A stretch of DNA of 64,000 nucleotides from an uncultured Oscillospiraceae bacterium (GTDB lineage: Bacteria > Bacillota > Clostridia > Oscillospirales > Acutalibacteraceae), in assembly GCA_949297075.1 (NCBI GenBank), contig CASFRX010000024.1, positions 7,651 to 71,650 of the forward strand, in the 5' to 3' direction. Below are positions 48,702-56,497 of this stretch, in pieces. The position numbers and the translations under genes are program-made. Under the pieces are notes generated by a model. It had not been told where the DNA came from, did not search any database, and saw only the letters and a program-made list of their open reading frames with translations. Within the stretch, counting starts at the first letter, position 1, and the number at the start of each line of letters is the position of its first letter.

Positions 48702-49940
48702 ATGAATATACTTGAAAATATACGCATAGCGATTTTCAGCATAAAAACAAATATTACCCGTTCGCTTCTAACGATGTTGGGTATAATAATCGGCGTTGCC
48801 TCCGTTATTGCTATCGTTACTGTTGGTAACGGCGGCAGAGATTATATAGTCGGAATGATAGAGAGCATGGGCTCTAATATGGTCAGCATTACCGTTTCTA
48901 CAGACAAAGCTTCGGCAAATGACTATATAACCGATGATGATATTAAAGCCATTAAACAGCTTGACAGCATTGATGTTGTTTCGCCAATGGCCTTTAATAT
49001 GTCAAGCTGTTCTACTGAGGCAGAAAACGGCATTGCTATGGTAATGGGCGGCACAACGGATTTGAGATACATTATGAATATGTCCATAATGTACGGAAGG
49101 TTTTACAGCGAAGATGATGTCAAAGCAGCACGCTATGTTGCCTGCATAGATAATGTTAGCGCATATACAATGTTCGGTTTTGAAAACTGCGTTGGTGAAA
49201 AAATAAATCTTTCCTATAACGGCAAAACAGTTGCCTTCAAAATTATCGGCGTTATTGACAGTACCTCAATGACTCAGATGGATACGGAATCAATGGCGCA
49301 GATGATGCAGTCCACAAGTATGATGGGCACTATGATTTCTTTCATAACTCCGTCCACGGCTTTCAATGAGTTTTACGGTCAGAACGGCCGTTATCCTATG
49401 ATTTATCTTACAGCTAGGGATGATAATTTCTTGGATAGCGCAGGTGCGTCTGCTGCAAATGTTTTGGAAGCAAGACATTCAAATTCAGGCCAGGAAATGT
49501 ACACCGTTACCAATATGGCAACATTTATTGAGCTTATTGATACGGTAATCAATGTTTTCACAGCGTTTATCGCTGCGGTCGGTGCGATTTCACTTGTTGT
49601 CGGCGGTATAGGTGTTATGAATATTATGCTTGTTTCCGTTACGGAGCGCACAAGAGAGATTGGCATCAGAAAAGCTCTCGGCGCCAAAACCTCAACAATT
49701 ATGTTCCAATTCCTCACAGAATCGGTCATACTGTGCTGTATAGGCGGCGGAATAGGCTTGGTCTTAGGCGTCGGAGGAGCATTGGCGGCTGCAGCCTATG
49801 TTAATGTTCCTATATCGGTTAAGTTTTCAACTATACTTTTGGCTGTCGGATTCTCAAGCGCAATCGGTATTTTCTTCGGAATTTATCCTGCACGCAGAGC
49901 CGCAAAAATGCTGCCCATAGAGGCGCTCAGAAGAGATTAA
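48702..49940 (+). CDS. MacB/FtsX-type ABC transporter permease
   Basis: MacB_PCD-like extracytoplasmic domain between TM1 and TM2. FtsX motif (TERTREIGIRKALGA). Confidence 0.85.
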   Translation: MNILENIRIAIFSIKTNITRSLLTMLGIIIGVASVIAIVTVGNGGRDYIVGMIESMGSNMVSITVSTDKASANDYITDDDIKAIKQLDSIDVVSPMAFNMSSCSTEAENGIAMVMGGTTDLRYIMNMSIMYGRFYSEDDVKAARYVACIDNVSAYTMFGFENCVGEKINLSYNGKTVAFKIIGVIDSTSMTQMDTESMAQMMQSTSMMGTMISFITPSTAFNEFYGQNGRYPMIYLTARDDNFLDSAGASAANVLEARHSNSGQEMYTVTNMATFIELIDTVINVFTAFIAAVGAISLVVGGIGVMNIMLVSVTERTREIGIRKALGAKTSTIMFQFLTESVILCCIGGGIGLVLGVGGALAAAAYVNVPISVKFSTILLAVGFSSAIGIFFGIYPARRAAKMLPIEALRRD

Positions 49941-49952
49941 AACAAAATAATC

Positions 49953-49985
49953 AAGGCTATGGAGGTTAACTGCCGCCATAGCCTT
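49953..49985. terminator. hairpin terminator between convergent genes
   Basis: AAGGCTATGG pairs with CCATAGCCTT. T-rich flanks on both strands. Confidence 0.6.
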
Positions 49986-50008
49986 GTTGCTATTTTATTA
50001 TGTAAACC

Positions 50009-50893
50009 TTAGCCTTTGAGCTTGCCGCCCTTCATTTTGATAAGTTCTCTGTAGCTTATCATTTCAACGCCATGGTCTTTGAGGAACTTATGTGTATAGG
50101 GGTCTTTCATAAGCTGATATTCCCAAACTCTGTCCTGCCATCTTGCGGTGATAGTCTTAAGCTCATCGTTTTCAACAGAGGGGTGAACGAATGTTTCTGT
50201 AACACCGTCCGGGATATTTGTCCAGGTTTTGAGAATCATATCACGGTATGTTTCATAGCTCTTTCTCATATCGTCGTTCCAATCGGGGAACAGAAGATAA
50301 TCGGGGATTACAACATCATACTTTTTGCCCCAATGCTTTGAAAGCAGAGTGACCGCGGCATAGAGGATGTAAGGCGTGCCTTTGGGGCAGATGCGCTTGT
50401 CGTGCTTTGTGTAAAAGCGGTAGGCATAGCCGTAATCGCCGCAAACACGCAGAGCAAGCTTGGCAAGACCGAAGCGGCCTGTATAGTGGCCGTAAAGAGA
50501 GCCCATGTGGTTATCGGTGTGCGATGGCTTCATGCCCATGCTGTGTGCAAGGTCAATCTGCGCACGGATTTCCGCTTCAATGTCTTCGTAAGAAGCGTTC
50601 TTTTCAACCTGGTCGCTCTCGTGCCACATAAAGCCTTCTTCGTCAATGAGAGTCTTGCCGTCTGTGAGAGGCTTCCAGCGGTATTTGCCCCATTCGCTGG
50701 TAAGCGTCAGGTGAACACCAATTGCGTACTGAGGATGGTCAATAGAGAACTTGACAGCGTCTGCCGCTGTTGGGCAGGGCATCATTATAGTTGCCGATTT
50801 GAGCCAGCCGCCTTCAAACAGCTCAGCAACAGCTTCGTTAGCCGCTGTGCACATTCCGTAATCATCTGCGTTAACAATTAAATATTTTGCCAT
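50009..50893 (-). CDS. ChbG/YdjC-family carbohydrate deacetylase
   Basis: N-terminus LIVNADDYGM...G(W)LKSATIM plus the HLTLT motif typical of YdjC. Confidence 0.8.
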   Translation of the reverse strand: MAKYLIVNADDYGMCTAANEAVAELFEGGWLKSATIMMPCPTAADAVKFSIDHPQYAIGVHLTLTSEWGKYRWKPLTDGKTLIDEEGFMWHESDQVEKNASYEDIEAEIRAQIDLAHSMGMKPSHTDNHMGSLYGHYTGRFGLAKLALRVCGDYGYAYRFYTKHDKRICPKGTPYILYAAVTLLSKHWGKKYDVVIPDYLLFPDWNDDMRKSYETYRDMILKTWTNIPDGVTETFVHPSVENDELKTITARWQDRVWEYQLMKDPYTHKFLKDHGVEMISYRELIKMKGGKLKG

Positions 50894-51112
50894 ATATTTT
50901 TCCCTTTCGTGTGAAAGAATTTACCATATAATAATAACACATATTGAGAAATAATCAAGGGGTATATTATCAATGTAAATGGCTCATATCTTGTATTTAT
51001 TAACAAAGTGAAGCGATCGTCATACAAGTAAATGGAGTGAACAAATATACACATACATTCTCAGTCCGTACAAAAGTGCAACAAAAGCTGCGTTTTAATC
51101 TTTCGTCCGGAC

Positions 51113-51171
51113 ATAAAAAATCCCCCTATAGTAGTCTTGAAATCCATTTTCAAGCTTCTGCTATAAGGGGG
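51113..51171 (-). terminator. terminator downstream of the recombinase operon
   Basis: CCCCCTATAG (51122-51131) pairs with CTATAAGGGGG (51161-51171), enclosing an inner CTTGAAA/TTTCAAG helix. On the minus strand it is followed by ATTTTTTAT. Confidence 0.6.
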
Positions 51172-51322
51172 TTGTTTCATGTTAGGAGTCTGGTTGGCTT
51201 TTCGCTTTATAGATACGGTAATTGCAAACACATTACGCCACACCACAACCGCAAAATTATTACGGCTGTGGTGTTCGACTGCGTGCGTTATGTCTAAGCC
51301 ACATGAAAAAGATATTTTCGGC

Positions 51323-51360
51323 ATTTCGGCGGTGGGATTCGAACCATCGAAATCGTTTTT
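51323..51360 (+). terminator. plus-strand hairpin plus T-run abutting the recombinase stop codon (contains a tRNA T-loop-like GGTTCGAATCC on the opposite strand)
   Basis: ATTTCG..GGTGG-GATTCGAA-CCATC-GAAAT followed by CGTTTTTAT. Confidence 0.4.
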
Positions 51361-51373
51361 ATCTTGATTGACA

Positions 51374-53008
51374 TCATTGCTCCACCTCCGCTTCCACTTC
51401 GAGCCCACCGATGAAAACCACCTTGATTTTATCCTTGGATTCGACGATCACACATTGCAGGATTTTTCGGATGATTTCATTATCAAAGGTCAGCGGGTGA
51501 TTTTTCATGCCATCAAGGGTGGTAAAAATCTGCTCCAACCGTGACTTAGTGCTTTTGCGATGCTGTTCGGCGGCAATGTATTCTGCCAGCCTGTTTTCAA
51601 GCATTCTCTTTTCGCTCATCAGCGCTTTGATACGGGGATCGGTGAGCAGGCTTTCGGGATTTTCGGCAGTTACGGTGTTTAGGATATCATTGAATTCCTT
51701 ATCGATTTGTGCAATGCGGATTTGAATATCAACGCTTTCGTCCTCACCGGCTTCAGCGCCAAGCCCTATTTGGATATGCATTTTCAATGTTTGCAGAATG
51801 TCGGGATTGCTTTTTGCTGTTTTTAATATGGCATTCATAATCGCTTTTTGCAAGGGGGATTCTTCTATGGTCGGTGAGTGGTGACAGTATTTTTTGCCGT
51901 AGTCAAGGCGGTTGATACAGCGCCATACAATTCTCTTTTGACCACCTGCCGTCCAAGTGCACCGGCGGTATGGCGTTCCGCATTCTCCGCAGACAAGCAG
52001 TTCGGTGAGTGCGTACTTTCCGCAGTATTTGCCTTGCTCGGTTGTCGTGCCGATCTGCTTGACCTTGCGTTTCGAAGCTCGCCTTGCCAGTTCCTCCTGT
52101 ACCTGTGCGAAGGTGTCGGCATCGATGATTGCCGGATGATTGTTCTCTACATAATACTGCGGTCGTTCGCCGCCGTTGATACGCACCTTTTTGCTGATAC
52201 AGTCCTCGACATAGGTTTTGCCCAGCAGAGCGTCACCCTTGTATTTTACATTGGAGAGGATAGATTGTATCACTCCGGGCTGCCATACGGCTTTTCCCAT
52301 CGGCGTGGGAACACTGTCTGCGGTCAGTCCATCGGCAATCTGTTGCAGGCTGCTGCCGGAGAGAAATTCCGTATAGATTCGCCGTACCGTCATCGCCTGT
52401 GCAGGATCAATTTCCGGTTTTCCGTCTGCACCCTGACGGTATCCGAGGAAGGATTTATAAGCGAAGGACACATTGCCTTCCTTTGCGCTTTGCGCCTTGC
52501 CCCATGTCACATTGTGGCTGATGTTTTCGGATTCGCTCTGTGCGATAGAGCCATATATGGAGATATAAAACTCAGAGGCAGGATCGATGCTGTGCAAATT
52601 TTGTTCTTCAAAGTACACATCCACCTTGATTTCACGCAGCATTCGGGTGATCTTGATGCAGTCGAGGGTGTTTCGGGCAAATCGGCTGATGGATTTGACG
52701 ATAATCATATCTACCCGGCCTCGTTTGCATTGGCGTATTAGCTTGTTAAATTCATCGCGCTTTTTCATACTGGTGCCGGTGATACCCTTGTCAGCGTAAA
52801 TGCCTACCAACTTCCAGCCGGGTTCTCTGTGAATCCGTTCTGTGTAGTGGTTCACCTGATTTTCATAACTGTTAAGCTGTTCGTCCTGCTTGGTGGACAC
52901 TCGGCAGTAAGCGGCTACCCGTTTGGTAATGCTTTGTGTGCTGTGCGCATTCACCGGCTGTATAGTCGGAGTGATGGTGTGCACCCGTTTCTGTAATATT
53001 GCTTCCAT
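51374..53008 (-). CDS. large serine recombinase (full length)
   Basis: Catalytic AAYCRVSTKQDEQ motif, resolvase domain, recombinase domain, Cys4 zinc ribbon and coiled coil. Start at MEAILQ, after AGGAGA. Confidence 0.9.
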   Translation of the reverse strand: MEAILQKRVHTITPTIQPVNAHSTQSITKRVAAYCRVSTKQDEQLNSYENQVNHYTERIHREPGWKLVGIYADKGITGTSMKKRDEFNKLIRQCKRGRVDMIIVKSISRFARNTLDCIKITRMLREIKVDVYFEEQNLHSIDPASEFYISIYGSIAQSESENISHNVTWGKAQSAKEGNVSFAYKSFLGYRQGADGKPEIDPAQAMTVRRIYTEFLSGSSLQQIADGLTADSVPTPMGKAVWQPGVIQSILSNVKYKGDALLGKTYVEDCISKKVRINGGERPQYYVENNHPAIIDADTFAQVQEELARRASKRKVKQIGTTTEQGKYCGKYALTELLVCGECGTPYRRCTWTAGGQKRIVWRCINRLDYGKKYCHHSPTIEESPLQKAIMNAILKTAKSNPDILQTLKMHIQIGLGAEAGEDESVDIQIRIAQIDKEFNDILNTVTAENPESLLTDPRIKALMSEKRMLENRLAEYIAAEQHRKSTKSRLEQIFTTLDGMKNHPLTFDNEIIRKILQCVIVESKDKIKVVFIGGLEVEAEVEQ

Positions 53009-53858
53009 CGGTTCTCTCCTTTCTGATCTGCTGACCGTTTTTGAGGGTAAGGCTGACCGTTTTGTCAGCATGGAGTGTAATGACAGCGGCTATTTTCGCT
53101 GTTAGTTCTCCGTTATAGCAAGAGAGCGACCTTGTTCTTTGCAAGGTCGCTCTTATCCTCTCAGTCATATGCCCGACGGCATCAAAGGTTTCATACAGCA
53201 GTGAAGCGTATTCAAATATTCTGTTTTTCAGCGGCTCCTTCTCAATGACAAGGCTGTCAAGCATCTGCCCAATTTCATTCTTTAATCGGATGACCTCCAC
53301 AGGCGGTTCATCCGGTATCGGCTCGCTTTGCAGGATGCTCGGCTTGGCAAGGAGAAAGTTGATGCATTCGGTGATTGCCGAGAGAAAGTCATTATCTGAA
53401 ATCTTGATCACTGCGCCGCAGCCTTTGCATACCCACTTTTCTCCGAAAGTGGTGCGGCCATCATGTTTGCGCTGCATTGGCTCACCGCATTTCTCACAGA
53501 GAACCGGAAGCTGCAGCTTGAAAATATCTGCTGTACGGTCGAGGGATTTCTGTGTGTTTCGGGAGACTCTGACTGCCTGTGCTTTGTCATATATGCTTTG
53601 CTTGATGATAGGCGGATAGCTGTCGCTGCCGATGTAGCGTTTATCCTCAATAATGCGTTTCAGACGAGCTTTGTTCCATCCTGCCACTTCGGGCAGATAT
53701 TCCACTTGTCGTTCATTAAGCCTTTGTGCGATCTTCAATAGGGATTGCCCGTCCAAATAATCGGAAAATATATCTTGAACCGCTTGGCTTTCGGTTGGGT
53801 GAAAGATGATTTTGCCGTTCTCCATTGTATAGCCGAAGGGAATGTTTCGTGTTTTCAT
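52872..53858 (-). CDS. serine-recombinase paralogue lacking the catalytic resolvase domain (recombinase domain, zinc ribbon and coiled coil only)
   Basis: Starts directly at the recombinase-domain motif (IPFGY...). No Y-x-R-V-S-T motif. CEKCG...CKGCG zinc ribbon. Its 3' end overlaps the next recombinase gene out of frame by 137 nt. Confidence 0.75.
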   Translation of the reverse strand: MKTRNIPFGYTMENGKIIFHPTESQAVQDIFSDYLDGQSLLKIAQRLNERQVEYLPEVAGWNKARLKRIIEDKRYIGSDSYPPIIKQSIYDKAQAVRVSRNTQKSLDRTADIFKLQLPVLCEKCGEPMQRKHDGRTTFGEKWVCKGCGAVIKISDNDFLSAITECINFLLAKPSILQSEPIPDEPPVEVIRLKNEIGQMLDSLVIEKEPLKNRIFEYASLLYETFDAVGHMTERIRATLQRTRSLSCYNGELTAKIAAVITLHADKTVSLTLKNGQQIRKERTDGSNITETGAHHHSDYTAGECAQHTKHYQTGSRLLPSVHQAGRTA

Positions 53859-53859
53859 A

Positions 53860-55410
53860 TCATGCGCTCCTTTCCTCGAATTTCTCGGTGAGCGTCAGTC
53901 CACCGGCGAGGCGGAAACGCAGCGTGTTCCTGCCGATTACGGTAATACTCTCCACGATTTGTCCGAACAAGTCCGCATCAAAGCTGTCTGTTGAAACGTA
54001 TTCGGCAATGGTTTCGTTTAATTCTTTCAGAGATTCGATGATTTCGTCATCCTCATCCTCTGTCAAGATGCGGCGGCGCTCTGACCGGAGTTCACTGACC
54101 TTCCGGTCAAGCTCGCCTGATCTGGAGGCATACTCGGCATGATTGAGAATGCCGTTTTTGTAAAGCTGGGCAACCACAAGGCTCTGCGCATTGACATCAG
54201 CGATTTGGCGATTGAGCTGATACACCTGTTCGCCGCTGCCGCTGGTTCGGCTCTGCAGCTTTTCAAGCTGCCTGATTAAATCGCCCAGCAGTTCTTCTCG
54301 GTTTTGCGCGAGCTTATCGCTCATCCGTATGAATGCGGACATCACGGCATCCTCCCGGACTCGGTCACCGGCGCACTCTGTTCTGCCTGCCGCTTTGTAT
54401 GAGCAGAGCCAATATGCTGTTCCGTTCACTACCTGCCTGCGGTAATTGTGACCGCAGACCGGACATTTCAGCATACCGCTGAATGGGTAACGGTTTTTCG
54501 GGACATGATTGCCTTTCGATTTGCTTTTTTGCAGTTCCTGCACTGCTTGGTAGGTTTCTCTGCTGACGATGGCGGGATTGCTGTTTTCCACATAATACTG
54601 TGCCTTTTCGCCTCGGTTTCTCTTTTTGGTAAAGGGCAGGCTTTCGGTGGTGTAACTCTTTTGGAGCAGGCAGTCACCCATATACCTCTCGTTATTGAGA
54701 ATATAGTCAATGGTGAAGAGATGCCATGTTTTCTGACCGTACCGTTTCGGCACTCCGTCCGCATTGAGCTGATTGGCAATGGCTTGCTTGCCGCAGCCCT
54801 GCAGGTAGAGATGAAAAATCCGGCGCACAACCTGCGCCTCCGCTTCATTGATTTGAAGCTCGCCGTCTATGAGGTCGTACCCATAGGCGGCTCGGCAGCA
54901 GTTGAAATCGCCGGATTTCATTCTTTTTTGATAGCTCCACCGCATATTCTCGGATATAGTTTCCGATTCCCGCTGTGCAGCGATGCCGGGGAATGTCATC
55001 ATCAGTTCGAGGTCAACCGTTTCCGTGTCGATGCCTTGCTCTTCAAAATAGATGCTGACGCCCATTTCCTTTAACGCTCTTGTTGCCGCTAAAAATTCGG
55101 CGGTATTTCGGGCGAATCGGGAGACGCTTTTTGTAATAATGCGGTCAATTTTTCCTTTCTTACAGTCCCGAATCAAGCGGTTGAAATCATCCCGCTTGTC
55201 CATGCGTGTGCCGGTGATGCCCTCATCGGCATAAATGTCCACCAGCTCGTATTCAGGATGTTCTGCAACATATTCTGTATAATGCTTGACCTGCGCTGCG
55301 AAAGAGTGAAGCTGATCTTCGGAATTGCTGGATACCCGTGTGTAGGGGGCTAACCGCAGGATTCGCTGTTCCTGTTTTCCGGCTGTCAGCTCGGTAATTG
55401 TTTTTCCCAT
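53860..55410 (-). CDS. large serine recombinase (full length)
   Basis: PYTRVSSNSEDQ catalytic motif, recombinase domain, CPVCG...C zinc ribbon. AAGGAGA RBS. Confidence 0.9.
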   Translation of the reverse strand: MGKTITELTAGKQEQRILRLAPYTRVSSNSEDQLHSFAAQVKHYTEYVAEHPEYELVDIYADEGITGTRMDKRDDFNRLIRDCKKGKIDRIITKSVSRFARNTAEFLAATRALKEMGVSIYFEEQGIDTETVDLELMMTFPGIAAQRESETISENMRWSYQKRMKSGDFNCCRAAYGYDLIDGELQINEAEAQVVRRIFHLYLQGCGKQAIANQLNADGVPKRYGQKTWHLFTIDYILNNERYMGDCLLQKSYTTESLPFTKKRNRGEKAQYYVENSNPAIVSRETYQAVQELQKSKSKGNHVPKNRYPFSGMLKCPVCGHNYRRQVVNGTAYWLCSYKAAGRTECAGDRVREDAVMSAFIRMSDKLAQNREELLGDLIRQLEKLQSRTSGSGEQVYQLNRQIADVNAQSLVVAQLYKNGILNHAEYASRSGELDRKVSELRSERRRILTEDEDDEIIESLKELNETIAEYVSTDSFDADLFGQIVESITVIGRNTLRFRLAGGLTLTEKFEERSA

Positions 55411-55517
55411 GCTGTTCTCCTTTCTGCGGATTTTCCGCTTTTCATATTACCGCTTTCTCTGCGGCAACACGAAGGATACCACATGAGTTCGCATACATCC
55501 AGAGAGAATGGCGAGAA

Positions 55518-55673
55518 TTAAAGGAAAAGACATAACTTTTTTTGCGGATCGTAATGTTCCGCCTGCAACTGTAAAATGCTTCTGTATTCTGATTCGCTGA
55601 TCAGCCGCATGGACAGCAGAAGGCGGAGCATATTCACTCCATAGGCAAGGGCGATGCCGTTTTTATCATTCAT
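55518..55673 (-). CDS. 51-aa protein translationally coupled to mazF (MNDKNGIALAYGVNMLRLLLSMRLISESEYRSILQLQAEHYDPQKKLCLFL)
   Basis: Translated by hand. Its ATG lies inside the last codons of mazF (..CAGGAGGCGCGCCATGAATGA), and that GGAGG can serve as its RBS. Not in the ORF track. Confidence 0.5.
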   Translation of the reverse strand: MNDKNGIALAYGVNMLRLLLSMRLISESEYRSILQLQAEHYDPQKKLCLFL

Positions 55674-56028
55674 GGCGCGCCTCCTGTTTCATGCCGAGGC
55701 TGACGCTCATGGCGGATTCTATCCGATGCATATCCTCTGCGGAAATCTGTCCGAGCCGGTCGGACAGACGCTTTTTGTCAATGGTGCGAAGCTGTTCCAG
55801 TAGGACAACCGATTCGCTCTCCAAAAAATCGTAGTCAATAAAGATATGGGTAGGCTGCGATCTTTTCTTCGGCACGGAAGTGATGGGAGCAACAATGGTT
55901 GTAGAACTGAATTTATTGCCGGTGTCGTTTTGAAGAATGAGAACCGGACGGATGCCGCCCTGCTCGCTGCCGACAACGGGGGATAAATCGGCGTAATAAA
56001 TTTCGCCGCGCTTGATTGTATTGGTCAT
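55666..56028 (-). CDS. mazF: MazF/PemK-family endoribonuclease toxin (EndoA-like)
   Basis: KRGEIYYADLSPVVGSEQGGIRPVLILQND...LLEQLRTIDKKRL is near-collinear with B. subtilis EndoA/NdoA. GGAGG sits 8 nt upstream of the ATG. Confidence 0.9.
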   Translation of the reverse strand: MTNTIKRGEIYYADLSPVVGSEQGGIRPVLILQNDTGNKFSSTTIVAPITSVPKKRSQPTHIFIDYDFLESESVVLLEQLRTIDKKRLSDRLGQISAEDMHRIESAMSVSLGMKQEARHE

Positions 56029-56055
56029 GGTCGATACCTCCGTATTGTTAAGTAA

Positions 56056-56110
56056 AAGCCCAAGGGCATGGATAAGCGCAAAAAGGGGGGGATACCTTGC
56101 CCTTGGGCTT
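56056..56110 (-). terminator. terminator-like hairpin 14 nt upstream of the mazF Shine-Dalgarno
   Basis: 13-bp perfect stem AAGCCCAAGGGCA / TGCCCTTGGGCTT (16 bp with one mismatch). On the minus strand only a short U-tract follows (CTTTTAC). Confidence 0.5.
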
Positions 56111-56451
56111 ATTCAATCGTTTTGCGTATTGACCATATTTGTCCTCGCACCCGTGGTCAGACGGCAGACTTGCAAACAATCGACAGCGAATCGATTCCCC
56201 AGGAATTTCACCTCCGCGTGGTTCTCACCCGGCCGCCCTCTTTGGTTGCGACGGCTCACGACACATACTGTGCCGCTTCAACGCTCGACTTTTGACTGGA
56301 CGGGGTGTTGTCTTTCCGCAGCCTGTCATGGCGTAATTCATGCGGTGCTGCCGCACTATCTGTTCCAAAAGGAACAGGCCGCTTGCCCCTTTCGAGGACA
56401 GCAGGCGGAAAGTATTTGCAGTTGGATTATGAAGTTTTCAAGGAACGCGGA
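56111..56451 (-). ncRNA. candidate structured non-coding RNA or long regulatory leader (class unknown)
   Basis: No minus-strand ORF of 60 or more codons. Bracketed by two hairpin terminators. GC-rich, with multiple local hairpins and an 8-nt long-range complement (56140-56147 with 56393-56400). Confidence 0.35.
56113..56126 (-). repeat. 14-nt copy (minus-strand RNA: CGCAAAACGAUUGA) complementary to the anti-SD arm of the sigma-gene leader hairpin
   Basis: Plus-strand TCAATCGTTTTGCG at 56113-56126. Its reverse complement CGCAAAACGATTGA occurs on the plus strand at 57066-57079. Confidence 0.6.
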
Positions 56452-56497
56452 GGCAAACAAAAATGCCCCTCACTTTCCATGGCGAAAAGCGAGGGGT
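56452..56497 (-). terminator. rho-independent terminator of the sigma-like gene
   Basis: On the minus strand, CCCCTCGCTTTTC pairs with GGAAAGTGAGGGG and is followed by CATTTTTGTTTG. Confidence 0.7.

Noticed and set aside
51300-51373. tRNA gene or fragment on the minus strand, suggested by a GGTTCGAATCC T-loop consensus.
   Set aside because: The T-stem has mismatches on that strand (GATGG against CCCAC). The putative acceptor 3' strand is followed by TGCC rather than CCA and implies a 5' end starting with U. The 5' two-thirds of a tRNA would have to overlap the recombinase coding sequence. On the plus strand the same bases form a plain hairpin plus T-run.
980-55074. Long antisense or alternative-frame ORFs inside well-supported genes (for example 980-1780-, 10663-11478-, 31343-32308+, 46261-46992-, 51878-52741+, 54448-55074+, 24652-25221-).
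   Set aside because: Each lies wholly within a gene with strong family motifs on the other strand or frame. They have low-complexity or Cys/Arg-rich translations and lack RBSs. These are typical shadow ORFs.
56200-56300. Cobalamin-riboswitch-like strings (AGAGGG..GGGTGAGAACC..GGTGAAATTCC) within the ORF-free segment.
   Set aside because: The defining CCCGCCACUG core and the B12-box are absent, and the spacing does not fit. The genomic context (toxin and recombinase) is also wrong for a B12 riboswitch.
56111-56451. ToxI-like tandem direct repeats, as in type III TA RNA antitoxins, upstream of the toxin.
   Set aside because: I looked for direct repeats of about 30-40 nt and found only short, imperfect similarities (for example the CCGTC...CGAG segments). 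The type III analogy therefore rests on layout only and is flagged as inference in the findings.
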